A stretch of 64,000 bases of DNA from Bacteroidia bacterium (GCA_049115575.1 JAGDZU010000004.1:572294-636293); one strand, 5' to 3'. Positions 1 through 10,125 are shown, counted from the first letter of the stretch. The notes: generated by a model not told the origin, from the sequence alone. Made by a program: numbers and translations.

Positions 1-1633
1 GCTTTCCTGACAGGTTGATCCGCTCCATAGCATCTGAAAGAAACGCTCTTGTCATTTGAATATGAAGTGTGTTTTCTTCCTTCCCATGTGAGGCAATCAG
101 TTTGTCTGTTCTCAATATAGCGCTCTCAGCCGCAAACACATCTATGGCCATATCTGCAATGTTCATTAGGATTTCTTGCTGCTTTTCAAGCTCCATCATG
201 AATTTTTGAGCTGCCGCTCCAGCTGTCATGAGTATTGCTTTTTTAGCTTGCGCTATTGCTTTGTATTCCCAATAGAATTCGCTTCCATCACTTTCCTCAC
301 CAAAATCTGGAATCTCCATCAGCTCTTCTTGAATCTTCATGGCTGGTCCCATAATATCTAACTCTCCTTTAAGTGCTTTTTTAAGAACTTGACCAACGGC
401 CAGCATTCTGTTAATTTCATTGGTCCCCTCAAAAATTCGGTTGATTCTGGAATCCCTATACATACTCGCCACAGGGTATTCCTCGGAGTATCCTGTTCCG
501 CCAAATATTTGCACTGCTTCATCCACCACATAATCCAATACCTCAGAGCCTAAAATTTTTAGAATAGCACATTCAATATTGTATTCCTCTGCAGACTTTA
601 ACTTGGCTTGTGCCTTGTCCATTCCTCCCTCAACTAGCTCATCAATCTTGTCTTTGATCATATCAGATACCCTATATGTAGCACTTTCAGCTGCATAGGT
701 TCTAATTGCCATTTCTGCTATTTTGTGTTTAATAGCTCCAAAGCTTGCTATTGGAACTCCAAATTGGTGCCTCTCATTGGCATAGTTAACGGCAACATCA
801 ATTGATTTTTTAGCTCCTCCCATTACCATGGCACATAATTTATACCTACCAATGTTCAGTACGTTAAATGCTATTTTGTGACCCTTGCCTATTTCTCCAA
901 GCAGATTATCCTTGGGAATACGAACATTCTCCAGAAAGACCTGTCTAGTGCTGCTTCCTTTAATGCCTAGCTTCACTTCTTCATCTCCTAAAGTCAAACC
1001 GGGAGTGCCTGCCTCAACAAGAAAACCGGTGAAATGCTCTCCATCAACTTTAGCAAAGACTGTGAAGAGGTCTGCAAATCCGGCATTGGTAATCCACATC
1101 TTCTGGCCATTGAGCACCCATTCATCCGCTTCTAATACTGCTTTTGTTTTAGCAGCTAAAGCATCAGAACCACTATCGGGTTCGGTTAAGCAATAGGCGG
1201 CCTTAATGCTACCATCACCTAAACCAGGTAGGTATTTGTTCTTCTGTTCTTCAGTTCCAAAATACAAAATGGGAAGGGTCCCGATTCCAGTATGCGCAGC
1301 CACTGCCACACTAAAACTTTGACTTTTACCTAGCTCTTCACTTAGAATAGTACCTGTATTGAAATCCACTCCCATTCCACCAAACTCTTCTGGTAATGTG
1401 GCGCTAAGGAGACCCAAAGACGCAGCTTCCTCCATCAGTTCAGGAATCAGATCTGGATTTTCAAGTTGCTTGTCTATTTTAGCTCTTAGCGGAGCTACCT
1501 TTTTATCTATGAAGTCACTTGTCATGTCTCTAAACATGATTTGTTCCTCATTCAATTCTTCTGGAATAAATACGGATTGAGCATCTTGTTCTGCAATAAG
1601 AAACTCTCCTCCTTTTAACATCTTCTTTTTCAT
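1..1633 (-). CDS. Acyl-CoA dehydrogenase, long FadE-like form with C-terminal extension; partial, C-terminus lies beyond the window start
   Basis: Minus-strand ATG at 1631-1633 (MKKKMLKGGEFLIAEQD...) reads open to position 1. My translation shows an ACAD fold (CLTEPDSGSDA, FGGTGYSEEYPVASMYRDSRINRIFEGTNEI). It sits 23 bp downstream of the thiolase stop on the same strand and was not in the ORF track because it has no stop in the window. Confidence 0.8.
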   Translation of the reverse strand, partial: MKKKMLKGGEFLIAEQDAQSVFIPEELNEEQIMFRDMTSDFIDKKVAPLRAKIDKQLENPDLIPELMEEAASLGLLSATLPEEFGGMGVDFNTGTILSEELGKSQSFSVAVAAHTGIGTLPILYFGTEEQKNKYLPGLGDGSIKAAYCLTEPDSGSDALAAKTKAVLEADEWVLNGQKMWITNAGFADLFTVFAKVDGEHFTGFLVEAGTPGLTLGDEEVKLGIKGSSTRQVFLENVRIPKDNLLGEIGKGHKIAFNVLNIGRYKLCAMVMGGAKKSIDVAVNYANERHQFGVPIASFGAIKHKIAEMAIRTYAAESATYRVSDMIKDKIDELVEGGMDKAQAKLKSAEEYNIECAILKILGSEVLDYVVDEAVQIFGGTGYSEEYPVASMYRDSRINRIFEGTNEINRMLAVGQVLKKALKGELDIMGPAMKIQEELMEIPDFGEESDGSEFYWEYKAIAQAKKAILMTAGAAAQKFMMELEKQQEILMNIADMAIDVFAAESAILRTDKLIASHGKEENTLHIQMTRAFLSDAMERINLSGK

Positions 1634-1656
1634 ATTGTCTACCTTTTAATCTTTTA

Positions 1657-2838
1657 TTACAATCTTTCTAGTACCGCAGCAATCCCTTGTCCCCCACCTA
1701 TGCATGCTGTGACCAAACCATATTTTTGATCCCTTCTTTTCATTTCATCTAGTATTTGAACTGTGAGCTTTGCTCCGGTGCATCCCAAAGGATGACCGAG
1801 GCTGATTGCTCCTCCATTCGGGTTCACTATGTCTGGGTTTAATCCCAATTCTCTAATCACAGCTAAACTTTGTGCTGCAAAAGCTTCGTTCAACTCAATC
1901 TGGTCAATGTCTCCTAATTTTAATCCTGCTCGCTTTAGCGCTTTAGGTACCGCTTCTACTGGACCAATTCCCATATACCTTGGATTAACACCGACACTAG
2001 ATGATGATAACAATCGGGCTTGTGGTTCTAGACCCAAACTTTTCATCATCTTCTCGCTCATTACAATTACAAAAGAGGCTCCATCGCTAGTTTGAGAACT
2101 ATTCCCCGCTGTAACAGATCCTCCTTGTTTAAAAACAGGTCTCAGTTTGGAAAGAGCTTCAACCGAGGTGTCTTTTCTAGGTCCTTCATCTGTGTCTACC
2201 ACATACGATCTGCTTTTTCTTTTACCGCTGGCTTTGTCGAAATACACATCCTCTACGGTGAATGGAACTATTTGATTTTTGAATTTCCCCTCTTCTATCG
2301 CCTTCATTGCTTTTTGGTGAGATTGGTATGAAAACTCATCTTGGTCTTCCCTGCTCACCTTATACTTTAGAGCAACTTCTTCAGCTGTTAATCCCATTCC
2401 CAAGAAATAATCGGGATGGTCTTTGGAAACGCTATATGCTGGAACAGTTCTATATCCAATTGTAGGCACCAGACTCATGCTTTCTGTACCTCCGGCAATA
2501 ATGCAGTCTGCTAATCCCGCTTTGATTTTAGCAACAGCCATAGTAATGGTTTCTATGCCAGACCCACAATACCTATTTACAGTAACACCCGGGATTTCAA
2601 GAGGCAGATTAGATTTTACTCCAACCCATCTAGCCATTTGTAATCCTTGTTCTGCTTCTGGTACTGCATTTCCAACAATTAAATCATCTACAACAGCAGG
2701 ATCAAATCCTGGAGTTTTCTCAATGAGGTAATCTATTACTGCTGCTCCAAGATCTACCGGAGAGGTGAATTTAAAGCCCCCCTTATTGGCTTTTCCTACT
2801 GCAGTTCTGTATCCATTTATTATATATGCTTCGTTCAT
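1657..2838 (-). CDS. fadA: Acetyl-CoA C-acyltransferase / 3-ketoacyl-CoA thiolase
   Basis: 393 aa with thiolase motifs (NRYCGSGIETI, GGGQGIAAVLERL-type C-terminus). Tightly linked downstream of the HADH/ECH gene. Confidence 0.9.
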   Translation of the reverse strand: MNEAYIINGYRTAVGKANKGGFKFTSPVDLGAAVIDYLIEKTPGFDPAVVDDLIVGNAVPEAEQGLQMARWVGVKSNLPLEIPGVTVNRYCGSGIETITMAVAKIKAGLADCIIAGGTESMSLVPTIGYRTVPAYSVSKDHPDYFLGMGLTAEEVALKYKVSREDQDEFSYQSHQKAMKAIEEGKFKNQIVPFTVEDVYFDKASGKRKSRSYVVDTDEGPRKDTSVEALSKLRPVFKQGGSVTAGNSSQTSDGASFVIVMSEKMMKSLGLEPQARLLSSSSVGVNPRYMGIGPVEAVPKALKRAGLKLGDIDQIELNEAFAAQSLAVIRELGLNPDIVNPNGGAISLGHPLGCTGAKLTVQILDEMKRRDQKYGLVTACIGGGQGIAAVLERL

Positions 2839-2841
2839 CTT

Positions 2842-5244
2842 CTAATTTCTTAATGGTTTACCTGTTTTTAAAATATGCTGTATTCGTTCCAGAGTTTTTC
2901 GCTCACCTAGCAGTGAAAGGAATGCTTCTCGTTCTAAGTCGAGTAAGTATTGCTCTGTAACCAGACTGGCTTGACTTAAATCTCCACCAGCCATAACAAA
3001 TGCCAGCTTTCTTCCAATTTTCATATCGTGTTCACTGGCATAATTTCCAATGCCAAATGCTTCAACACCAGCATACAATGCTCCCAAAGCTGTTCTGCCC
3101 ATAACTCTAATATCATCTCGTTGAACCGCTTGAGTATAGCCATCTGATGCTAATTCCAGTACTTTCTTTTTGGCCTCGGATAAAAGGCGGTCTGAGTTAA
3201 TCACTACTTCGTCTTTATCGTAGTGCAAAACACCATTGTCGAATGCTTCAAATGCACTGGTGGCCACTTTGGCTGTTGCAATAGTTGTAAAGCGCTCCTG
3301 CAAACTTGGTATTTGAGGATCTCCTGCATAAAAGCTATCTGAAAGTCTAACAACAAACTCCTTTGTTCCTCCTCCACCGGGTATTAGCCCCGCTCCAGCT
3401 TCTACCAAACCAATGTAGGTTTCTGCTGCCGCTACCGCTGAATCAGCATGCAATGACATTTCACAACCCCCTCCAAGAGTGAGCCCGTGAGGTGCCATCA
3501 CTACTGGTATGGCTGAGTATCTCAGACGCATTACGGTGTTCTGAAAATAGCGAATGGCCATATTGAGCTCGTCAAATTCTTGCTCTATGGCATACATAAG
3601 CATCATGGCCAGATTAGCTCCAGCGGAAAAATTAGCCGCATCATTTCCAATAACCAGACCGTTCCAGTTTTCGTTTTCAGCAATCTCAATAGATTTATTT
3701 ACTCCTTGAAGTATTCCGGATCCTATGGCGTTCATTTTGGTGTGAAATTCTAAACACAAAACACCATCCCCAATGTTGTGCAAGGTGCATTCCTTGTTTT
3801 GATAAACTGGTTTTTGGTCTCTCAATGAATCCAATTGAATAAATGATTCTGTGCCAGGGACGGAGCTAAAAGAACTATCGCTGAGTTGGTAAAAATTATT
3901 TACCCCTTTACTTCTTTTATAAAAGAATTCTTCTTTGGTCTGAACCTTATCTTCTATCCAATTTGGAATTGGAAGATTCATCTGTTTAGCGTGATCCAAA
4001 ACTGCGGTAAACCCAATGGCGTCCCACATTTCAAATGGGCCCATTTCCCATCCAAAACCAGCTCTAAGAGCATCATCTATAGGATAAATTTCTTCGGCTA
4101 TTTCAGGAATTCTGTTTGCGGAATAAAGAAGTATAGCTGTTGTCACATCTTTGAAAAATTCTGCTAGCTTGTCTCCACCTTGAAACAAGAAATGAACTCG
4201 TTTTTTTAGTGAAGAAAACTGTCTTGCTTGCCTTGTACTTTCCGCTCTTACTTTAGCTTTTGGTGAATACTCTAGTGTTGTTAAATCTAGGGCTTCAATA
4301 ATTCTTTTCCCTTCTGCATCTTTTGACTTTTTATAAAATCCCTGACCGCTTTTGTCTCCCAACCATTGGTTCTGTAACATGCTTTCTAAGAAATCTGGAA
4401 TGGTAAACCAATCTTTCATTTCATCAGTGGGACAATGATGATAGACTCCTTGAGCCACTTTAACTAAAGTATCAAGTCCAACTAAATCACAGGTTCTAAA
4501 CGTGGCCGATTTTGGTCTTCCCGAAATGGGCCCTGTGATGGCGTCCACTTCCTCAATACTCAGCTCGTATTTCTTCATCATTTTAAAAATAGCCATGATG
4601 CTAAATACTCCTATTCTATTGGCTATAAATGCAGGTGTATCCTTGCATTTCACCATAGTCTTACCAAGATAAAGGTCGCCATAATGCATGAGGAAATCTA
4701 TTACCTCTGGTTTAGTTCTAGAGGAAGGAATAATCTCCAAAAGCTTGAGGTATCTTGGTGGATTGAAAAAGTGAGTTCCACAAAAATGTGTAACAAAATC
4801 TTCAGATCTACCTTGAGTCATAAGCTCTATTGGAATACCAGATGTGTTGGAGCTAACTATGGTTCCTTGCTTGCGGTATAAATCCACTTTTTCGAAAAGA
4901 CTTTGTTTGATTTCCAATTTCTCAATAATCACTTCTAAGATCCAATCGGCGTCCTTAATTAATTCGATGTCATCATCGAAATTTCCGGTCTGAATTCTCT
5001 TTACAAAACCTTGACGATATAGAGGTGCAGGGCTTGATTTAGTTGCAGTTTTCAGTGCACTATTGACTAGGGAATTGCGTTTGATAGGATTGCCCAAATC
5101 TTCTTCTGATAAGCCAGGAGTAACTATATCTAGCAATAACACTTCTAAACCAATGTTCGCCATATGGCATGCTATTCTTGAGCCCATGATTCCTGAACCC
5201 AAAACGGCTACTTTCTTAATTCTTCTTTTTTCTTGCATTTCCAT
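2842..5244 (-). CDS. Fused 3-hydroxyacyl-CoA dehydrogenase (N-terminal) / enoyl-CoA hydratase (C-terminal), beta-oxidation multifunctional protein
   Basis: 800 aa. N-terminal Rossmann motif VAVLGSGIMGSRIA matches HADH and the C-terminal half has a crotonase fold. The stop lies 4 bp from the fadA start. Confidence 0.85.
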   Translation of the reverse strand: MEMQEKRRIKKVAVLGSGIMGSRIACHMANIGLEVLLLDIVTPGLSEEDLGNPIKRNSLVNSALKTATKSSPAPLYRQGFVKRIQTGNFDDDIELIKDADWILEVIIEKLEIKQSLFEKVDLYRKQGTIVSSNTSGIPIELMTQGRSEDFVTHFCGTHFFNPPRYLKLLEIIPSSRTKPEVIDFLMHYGDLYLGKTMVKCKDTPAFIANRIGVFSIMAIFKMMKKYELSIEEVDAITGPISGRPKSATFRTCDLVGLDTLVKVAQGVYHHCPTDEMKDWFTIPDFLESMLQNQWLGDKSGQGFYKKSKDAEGKRIIEALDLTTLEYSPKAKVRAESTRQARQFSSLKKRVHFLFQGGDKLAEFFKDVTTAILLYSANRIPEIAEEIYPIDDALRAGFGWEMGPFEMWDAIGFTAVLDHAKQMNLPIPNWIEDKVQTKEEFFYKRSKGVNNFYQLSDSSFSSVPGTESFIQLDSLRDQKPVYQNKECTLHNIGDGVLCLEFHTKMNAIGSGILQGVNKSIEIAENENWNGLVIGNDAANFSAGANLAMMLMYAIEQEFDELNMAIRYFQNTVMRLRYSAIPVVMAPHGLTLGGGCEMSLHADSAVAAAETYIGLVEAGAGLIPGGGGTKEFVVRLSDSFYAGDPQIPSLQERFTTIATAKVATSAFEAFDNGVLHYDKDEVVINSDRLLSEAKKKVLELASDGYTQAVQRDDIRVMGRTALGALYAGVEAFGIGNYASEHDMKIGRKLAFVMAGGDLSQASLVTEQYLLDLEREAFLSLLGERKTLERIQHILKTGKPLRN

Positions 5245-5247
5245 TTC

Positions 5248-5862
5248 TCAATAAGGTATTTCCGTGTCTTGATTTTGCCTACTGTATAATTCCTTATACT
5301 CTTTCATCAAGTTCTCATTGGTTCTAGTTAGATAATTGCCATCTTTCAACAACCTCATAAGTATAACAGCTCCTTCAATTTCTGCTACCGTAGTTTCGGC
5401 TTTGACTCTTGCATCATCGCCATTCAGGACAAAAGCATATAAATGCTGTAACGTTTTAATCCATTCAGCAAAGAAGGAACGAATAATTGCCGCGAAAGCA
5501 TCATTTGATTTAGAAGTCTCCAAGCCGATATTCACAAAGAAGTCACCACCTTCTTCATGCATAAAAATTTCCTCAGCTCTGCTGGCCAATTCCTTTAGGC
5601 GCTGTACTGGACTTAGATCCTCGTCATATGCCTTAGAAAATACTTTGTCTACATAATGATCTTTTAATGCAATGAGTATTTCTTTCATTAATGCTTCTTT
5701 GCCTTCAACATAGTGATACATGCTGCCTTTCAATAATCCATTTGCAGCGGCTAGGTCAGACATAGAAGCCGCCGCATAACCTTTCTCCTTGAACACAGAT
5801 AGTGAGTTCTTGAGTAGAGTTTTTCGATCTATTTTAACTTTTGGCATAATCACCCCAAACAT
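5248..5862 (-). CDS. TetR/AcrR family transcriptional regulator, probable regulator of the downstream beta-oxidation operon
   Basis: 204 aa with an N-terminal HTH (LSVFKEKGYAAASMSDLAAANGLLKGSMYHY). It is the first gene of a co-directional TetR-HADH/ECH-thiolase-ACAD array. An alternative start at MPKVK (5847) is possible. Confidence 0.75.
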   Translation of the reverse strand: MFGVIMPKVKIDRKTLLKNSLSVFKEKGYAAASMSDLAAANGLLKGSMYHYVEGKEALMKEILIALKDHYVDKVFSKAYDEDLSPVQRLKELASRAEEIFMHEEGGDFFVNIGLETSKSNDAFAAIIRSFFAEWIKTLQHLYAFVLNGDDARVKAETTVAEIEGAVILMRLLKDGNYLTRTNENLMKEYKELYSRQNQDTEIPY

Positions 5863-5984
5863 ACTGAATTTTATTCATTTTACCAAACGGTTGGTAGATT
5901 TAGTTGATTAGTGTTAGAGCTATTGACCACCGTTTGACATTCATCCTGCTGAAAACATAGCTTTACCAATGCCTATGATTCATT

Positions 5985-5992
5985 ACATTTGC
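5985..5992 (+). promoter_or_regulatory. Candidate Bacteroidetes -7 promoter element (TAcaTTTG) for metK
   Basis: TACATTTG sits 17 nt upstream of the metK ATG and matches the Bacteroidetes sigma-A -7 consensus TAnnTTTG. It implies a very short leader. Confidence 0.3.
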
Positions 5993-6008
5993 GCCATTAA
6001 AATCAATT

Positions 6009-7268
6009 ATGGCCTATTATTTTACATCCGAATCAGTTTCTGAGGGACACCCAGACAAGGTAGCTGACCAAATATCAGACGCACTGATAGACCACTTTCT
6101 CGCTTTTGATCCAGATTCAAAAGTTGCATGTGAAACTCTGGTTACTACCGGACAGGTAGTTTTAGCTGGTGAAGTGAAGTCTTCTACTTATCTAGATGTT
6201 CAGAAAATTGCCAGAGATACCATCAACAAGATTGGATATACCAAGAGTGAATATATGTTCGAAGCTAACTCCTGCGGAGTTTTATCTGCTATTCATGAGC
6301 AATCACCAGATATTAACCAGGGTGTTGAGCGTAAGAAGAAAGAAAATCAAGGTGCTGGTGATCAAGGAATGATGTTTGGATACGCTACCAATGAAACAGA
6401 TTCATTCATGCCTCTCCCTCTGGAATTATCTCACATACTATTAAGAGAACTAGCTGCCATTAGAAAGGCAGGGAGACAAATGAAATATCTGAGACCTGAT
6501 TCTAAATCTCAGGTTACAATAGAATACGGAGATGACAATAAACCAAAGGCGATAAACTCTATTGTAATTTCAACTCAACACGATGATTTTGGAAAAGAAA
6601 CGGCTATGCTCAAAAAAATCAAAGAGGATATGGTTAAGATTCTTATTCCTCGAGTAAAGAAGCTTCTTCCTAAACACATACAAGCCTTATTCAACGACAA
6701 AATCAAATATCATATTAACCCAACCGGAAAGTTTGTAATTGGTGGACCTCATGGAGATACTGGACTAACCGGAAGAAAAATTATTGTAGACACATATGGT
6801 GGCAAGGGAGCCCATGGTGGTGGAGCATTCTCAGGTAAGGATCCAAGTAAAGTGGATAGATCTGCAGCTTATGCTACTAGGCATATTGCAAAAAATCTAG
6901 TTGCTGCTGGTGTTGCTGACGAAGTATTAGTTCAAGTGGCATATGCTATAGGTGTAGCTAAACCAGTTGGCCTATATGTGAATACTTATGGAACTGCTAA
7001 AGTTAACATGTCTGATGGCGCTATCGCTAAGAAAATACAGGGGCTAAAAAGATTCGACATGCGTCCTTATTTCATTGAAGAACGCTTCAAATTGAGAACT
7101 CCAATTTATTCCGAGACAGCAGCTTATGGTCATATGGGAAGAGAAACTCAAGTAGTGACTAAAGAATTTGTAGACGGTAGCGGTCAATCCAAAAAAATGA
7201 AAGTGAAGCTCTTTCCTTGGGAAGAATTAGATGGAGTAGCTGAACTGAAAAAAGCATTTAAGCTTTAA
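6009..7268 (+). CDS. metK: S-adenosylmethionine synthetase
   Basis: 419 aa with hallmark motifs ([39 protein letters not shown]). Confidence 0.95.
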   Translation: MAYYFTSESVSEGHPDKVADQISDALIDHFLAFDPDSKVACETLVTTGQVVLAGEVKSSTYLDVQKIARDTINKIGYTKSEYMFEANSCGVLSAIHEQSPDINQGVERKKKENQGAGDQGMMFGYATNETDSFMPLPLELSHILLRELAAIRKAGRQMKYLRPDSKSQVTIEYGDDNKPKAINSIVISTQHDDFGKETAMLKKIKEDMVKILIPRVKKLLPKHIQALFNDKIKYHINPTGKFVIGGPHGDTGLTGRKIIVDTYGGKGAHGGGAFSGKDPSKVDRSAAYATRHIAKNLVAAGVADEVLVQVAYAIGVAKPVGLYVNTYGTAKVNMSDGAIAKKIQGLKRFDMRPYFIEERFKLRTPIYSETAAYGHMGRETQVVTKEFVDGSGQSKKMKVKLFPWEELDGVAELKKAFKL

Positions 7269-7335
7269 TCACTTCATTGTCATTAAACCAAAAAATCATA
7301 CACTTCTAAACAAATGTGAAAAGCCCTAGTAGGCA

Positions 7336-7343
7336 GAGTACTA
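7336..7343 (+). promoter_or_regulatory. Candidate -7 promoter element (TAcaTTTG) for glmS
   Basis: TACATTTG sits 14 nt upstream of the glmS ATG at 7357. Confidence 0.3.
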
Positions 7344-7356
7344 CATTTGCTTGACT

Positions 7357-9201
7357 ATGTGTGGGATAGTAGCATATTATGGACCCGACGAAGCATATGA
7401 CTTTCTAATCAAGGGTCTTCATCGCTTAGAATATAGAGGGTATGACAGCGCAGGAGTAGCACTTCTGAATGGCGACCTAAGAGTATATAAGAATAAGGGT
7501 AAAGTATCTGAACTAGAAGAGCTCGCTTCTAAAAACGACATTTCTGGAACTAGGGGAATTGGACATACCAGGTGGGCAACCCACGGAGAACCAAATTCCA
7601 TTAACGCTCATCCTCATTTATCCCCAGACGGTGATCTCGCTTTAATTCACAACGGAATCATTGAAAACCATGATACTTTAAAAAAAGCCCTTATAGAAAG
7701 AGGCAATGTTTTCAAAAGTGATACCGATACTGAAGTATTAATTCATTTAATTGATGCAATTCAAAAAGCTGAAGATGTGGATTTGTTTGAAGCAGTTAGA
7801 CTTGCTTTAAATGAAGTAGTTGGCGCATACGCTATAGTAATTCTGAGCCAGCGAGATCCTAATACACTTATTGCTGCAAGAAAAGGAAGTCCTTTAGTGG
7901 TGGGGATAAGCGATCGAGAAGGTGAATTTTATATAGCAAGTGATGCTACTCCAATAGTGGAATATACTAGGAAAGTAACATACTTAGAAGATGGTGAAAT
8001 CGTAAGCATTCATCATGGTGAAATGACCATCAAGACCATTGAAAATGTAACTAAAACTCCATTTATCGATAATCTTGAGATAAGCTTAGAGACTCTTGAA
8101 AAAGGGGGTTATGAGCATTTCATGCTTAAAGAAATATTTGAGCAACCCAAGGCAATACATGATGCCATGAGAGGAAGATTCAGTTCCGAAACCTTGTCTT
8201 TTGCCATGGCGAGCTTGAAAGAATACGAATCCAAGATTAGAAATCTTGATAGGATAATCATAGTTGCTTGCGGAACATCTTGGCATGCCGGCCTTGTTGG
8301 TGAGTATCTCATCGAAGAGTTTGCCAGGCTACCTGTTGAAGTAGAGTATGCATCTGAATTCCGTTATAGAAATCCTATCATAACTGAAGAGGATATGGTA
8401 ATTGCTATATCTCAATCAGGTGAAACAGCAGACACCTTGGCTGCACTAGAATTAGCTAAATCAAAAGGTGCAACCATATATGGTATATGCAATGTAGTTG
8501 GTTCAAGTATTCCCAGAATGACTCATGCAGGAGCCTATACGCATGCTGGACCTGAAATTGGTGTGGCTTCAACTAAAGCTTTTACAACACAAGTTGCTGT
8601 TCTCACACTAATCGCATTAGGAATGGCGGGAATCAGAGGTAAAATGGAACGCAAAGACCTCAGATCTCTATTTGCTGAATTAGATACCATACCTCAAAAA
8701 GTAGAAGATTTGCTAAAGAGTTGTGCAGATCAAGTGGAGCATATTGCTTCCATTTATAAAGATGCTAAAAACTTCCTTTACTTGGGAAGAGGATATAATT
8801 TCCCGGTAGCCCTAGAAGGTGCGTTAAAGCTTAAGGAAATTTCATACATCCATGCAGAAGGATATCCTGCTGCAGAAATGAAACACGGTCCAATTGCACT
8901 CATTGATGAGGAAATGCCAGTAGTGGTTATAGCGACGAAGAGAAACTACTATGAAAAAGTCCTGAGTAATATTCAAGAGGTGAAAGCCAGAAAAGGAAAA
9001 ATAATTGCAATTGTCACAGCTGGTGATGAAGAAGTTAAGGCTATTGCTGATCACGTCATAGAAATTCCAGACACTGAAGTTTGTTTAACTCCTCTTTTGG
9101 CAACTATTCCATTACAATTGCTTTCATACCACATTGCTGTAATGCGAGGATGCAATGTAGACCAACCCAGAAATCTTGCTAAATCGGTAACTGTAGAATA
9201 A
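7357..9201 (+). CDS. glmS: Glutamine--fructose-6-phosphate aminotransferase (isomerising)
   Basis: Starts MCGIVAYYG (Cys2 N-terminal nucleophile), so the true start is 7357 rather than the ORF-track 7351. Two SIS domains follow and it has the C-terminal ...TVE typical of GlmS. Confidence 0.95.
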   Translation: MCGIVAYYGPDEAYDFLIKGLHRLEYRGYDSAGVALLNGDLRVYKNKGKVSELEELASKNDISGTRGIGHTRWATHGEPNSINAHPHLSPDGDLALIHNGIIENHDTLKKALIERGNVFKSDTDTEVLIHLIDAIQKAEDVDLFEAVRLALNEVVGAYAIVILSQRDPNTLIAARKGSPLVVGISDREGEFYIASDATPIVEYTRKVTYLEDGEIVSIHHGEMTIKTIENVTKTPFIDNLEISLETLEKGGYEHFMLKEIFEQPKAIHDAMRGRFSSETLSFAMASLKEYESKIRNLDRIIIVACGTSWHAGLVGEYLIEEFARLPVEVEYASEFRYRNPIITEEDMVIAISQSGETADTLAALELAKSKGATIYGICNVVGSSIPRMTHAGAYTHAGPEIGVASTKAFTTQVAVLTLIALGMAGIRGKMERKDLRSLFAELDTIPQKVEDLLKSCADQVEHIASIYKDAKNFLYLGRGYNFPVALEGALKLKEISYIHAEGYPAAEMKHGPIALIDEEMPVVVIATKRNYYEKVLSNIQEVKARKGKIIAIVTAGDEEVKAIADHVIEIPDTEVCLTPLLATIPLQLLSYHIAVMRGCNVDQPRNLAKSVTVE

Positions 9202-9339
9202 TTTTCGCACGCTAACCATACATCTAGACACTTTTCAACTATTACTTAATTCTATTTATTGTTGATTTTCAGCTTGTTACGGCTGTAAAGACACTTTGGT
9301 CCATGCTTTGAATCTACTTTTAGAAAAGGAGGACCTATT

Positions 9340-10125
9340 ATGAAATCAATTATTACAATTTTAACATTTCTAGTTTTTAGTATTACATCAACACAAGTTA
9401 AGGCCTCGAATCTTTACCTACGAACCGCATCGGGAGGATATGCTCAAGTAAATATTTCCGGTGAATTATTTAATGTATCTGGAGGATCAATCGCCATAAA
9501 TGATCTTAGGCCAGGCAATCATTTTATTACCGTAAGGCAGCGAGTAAATCACAGACACAGGAACCACAGAGGTTATCGTTACAGAGAGATGAATCACCGT
9601 AGAGGCAGTATGCGTACTGTATACAAAGGAAGAATTCATTTACCTGCAAGAAGCACTGTATATGCTAGGCTAACACCTAGAGGACATTTAGTGATTGAAC
9701 GCACTGTTCGTCATAGACCCAATAGAAGAAAACACAATCCTCGTTACGATCGAAGAGATAGACGCGACTGGGACAGAAATGACCGCGATTGGGACAGAGG
9801 TGATAGAAACAGAAATCGCAATAGAGGAGATCGAAGAGGTGGAAATTATGGAAATGCTTCTTCTTTTGACGCTTTGCTAGGGGTAATGAACAATGCATCT
9901 TTTGACGGTGATAAGCTTTCAATTGCCCAACAATACGTACAAAGCAATGGCGTAACCAGTGTTCAAGTTTTGCAAATGGCAGACGCTATGGATTTTGAAA
10001 CCAACAAACTCGCTTTTGCCAAATATGCATATCAATACACTGTAGATCCTGAAAACTATTTCATGGTCAATAAAACATTCGATTTTAGTAGTAGCATACG
10101 AAGTCTGAATAATTTCATCAAATAA
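9340..10125 (+). CDS. Secreted hypothetical protein: signal peptide + Arg/His/Asp-rich low-complexity region + C-terminal DUF4476-like domain
   Basis: Signal peptide MKSIITILTFLVFSITSTQVKA. Residues about 65-165 are dominated by R/H/N/D runs (RHRNHRGYRYREMNHRRG...RRDRRDWDRNDRDWDRGDRNRNRNRGDRRGG). The C-terminus (SFDALLGVMNNASFDGDKLSIAQQYVQSNG...FAKYAYQYTVDPENYF) resembles the Bacteroidetes-specific DUF4476. AAGGAGG lies 7 nt before the ATG. Confidence 0.6.
   Translation: MKSIITILTFLVFSITSTQVKASNLYLRTASGGYAQVNISGELFNVSGGSIAINDLRPGNHFITVRQRVNHRHRNHRGYRYREMNHRRGSMRTVYKGRIHLPARSTVYARLTPRGHLVIERTVRHRPNRRKHNPRYDRRDRRDWDRNDRDWDRGDRNRNRNRGDRRGGNYGNASSFDALLGVMNNASFDGDKLSIAQQYVQSNGVTSVQVLQMADAMDFETNKLAFAKYAYQYTVDPENYFMVNKTFDFSSSIRSLNNFIK

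Noticed and set aside
3886-4167. Numerous 60-115 aa ORFs antisense to large genes (e.g. 3886-4167, 23012-23432, 27806-28209, 54958-55146, 60495-60809)
   Set aside because: They lie wholly inside well-supported conserved genes on the opposite strand. They have odd composition and no start context. They are treated as chance ORFs.
5863-6008. SAM riboswitch upstream of metK
   Set aside because: I see no SAM-I or SAM-II consensus. A TAnnTTTG promoter element 17 nt from the ATG leaves essentially no leader.
7269-7356. glmS ribozyme upstream of glmS
   Set aside because: The intergenic region is only 88 bp and lacks the conserved ribozyme core. The element is characteristic of Firmicutes, not Bacteroidetes.
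9677-9922. Antisense and alternative-frame ORFs (81 aa and 61 aa) inside the DUF4476 gene
   Set aside because: They are generated by the low-complexity RD/RN repeat DNA. The plus-frame ORF with signal peptide and conserved C-terminal domain explains the region.
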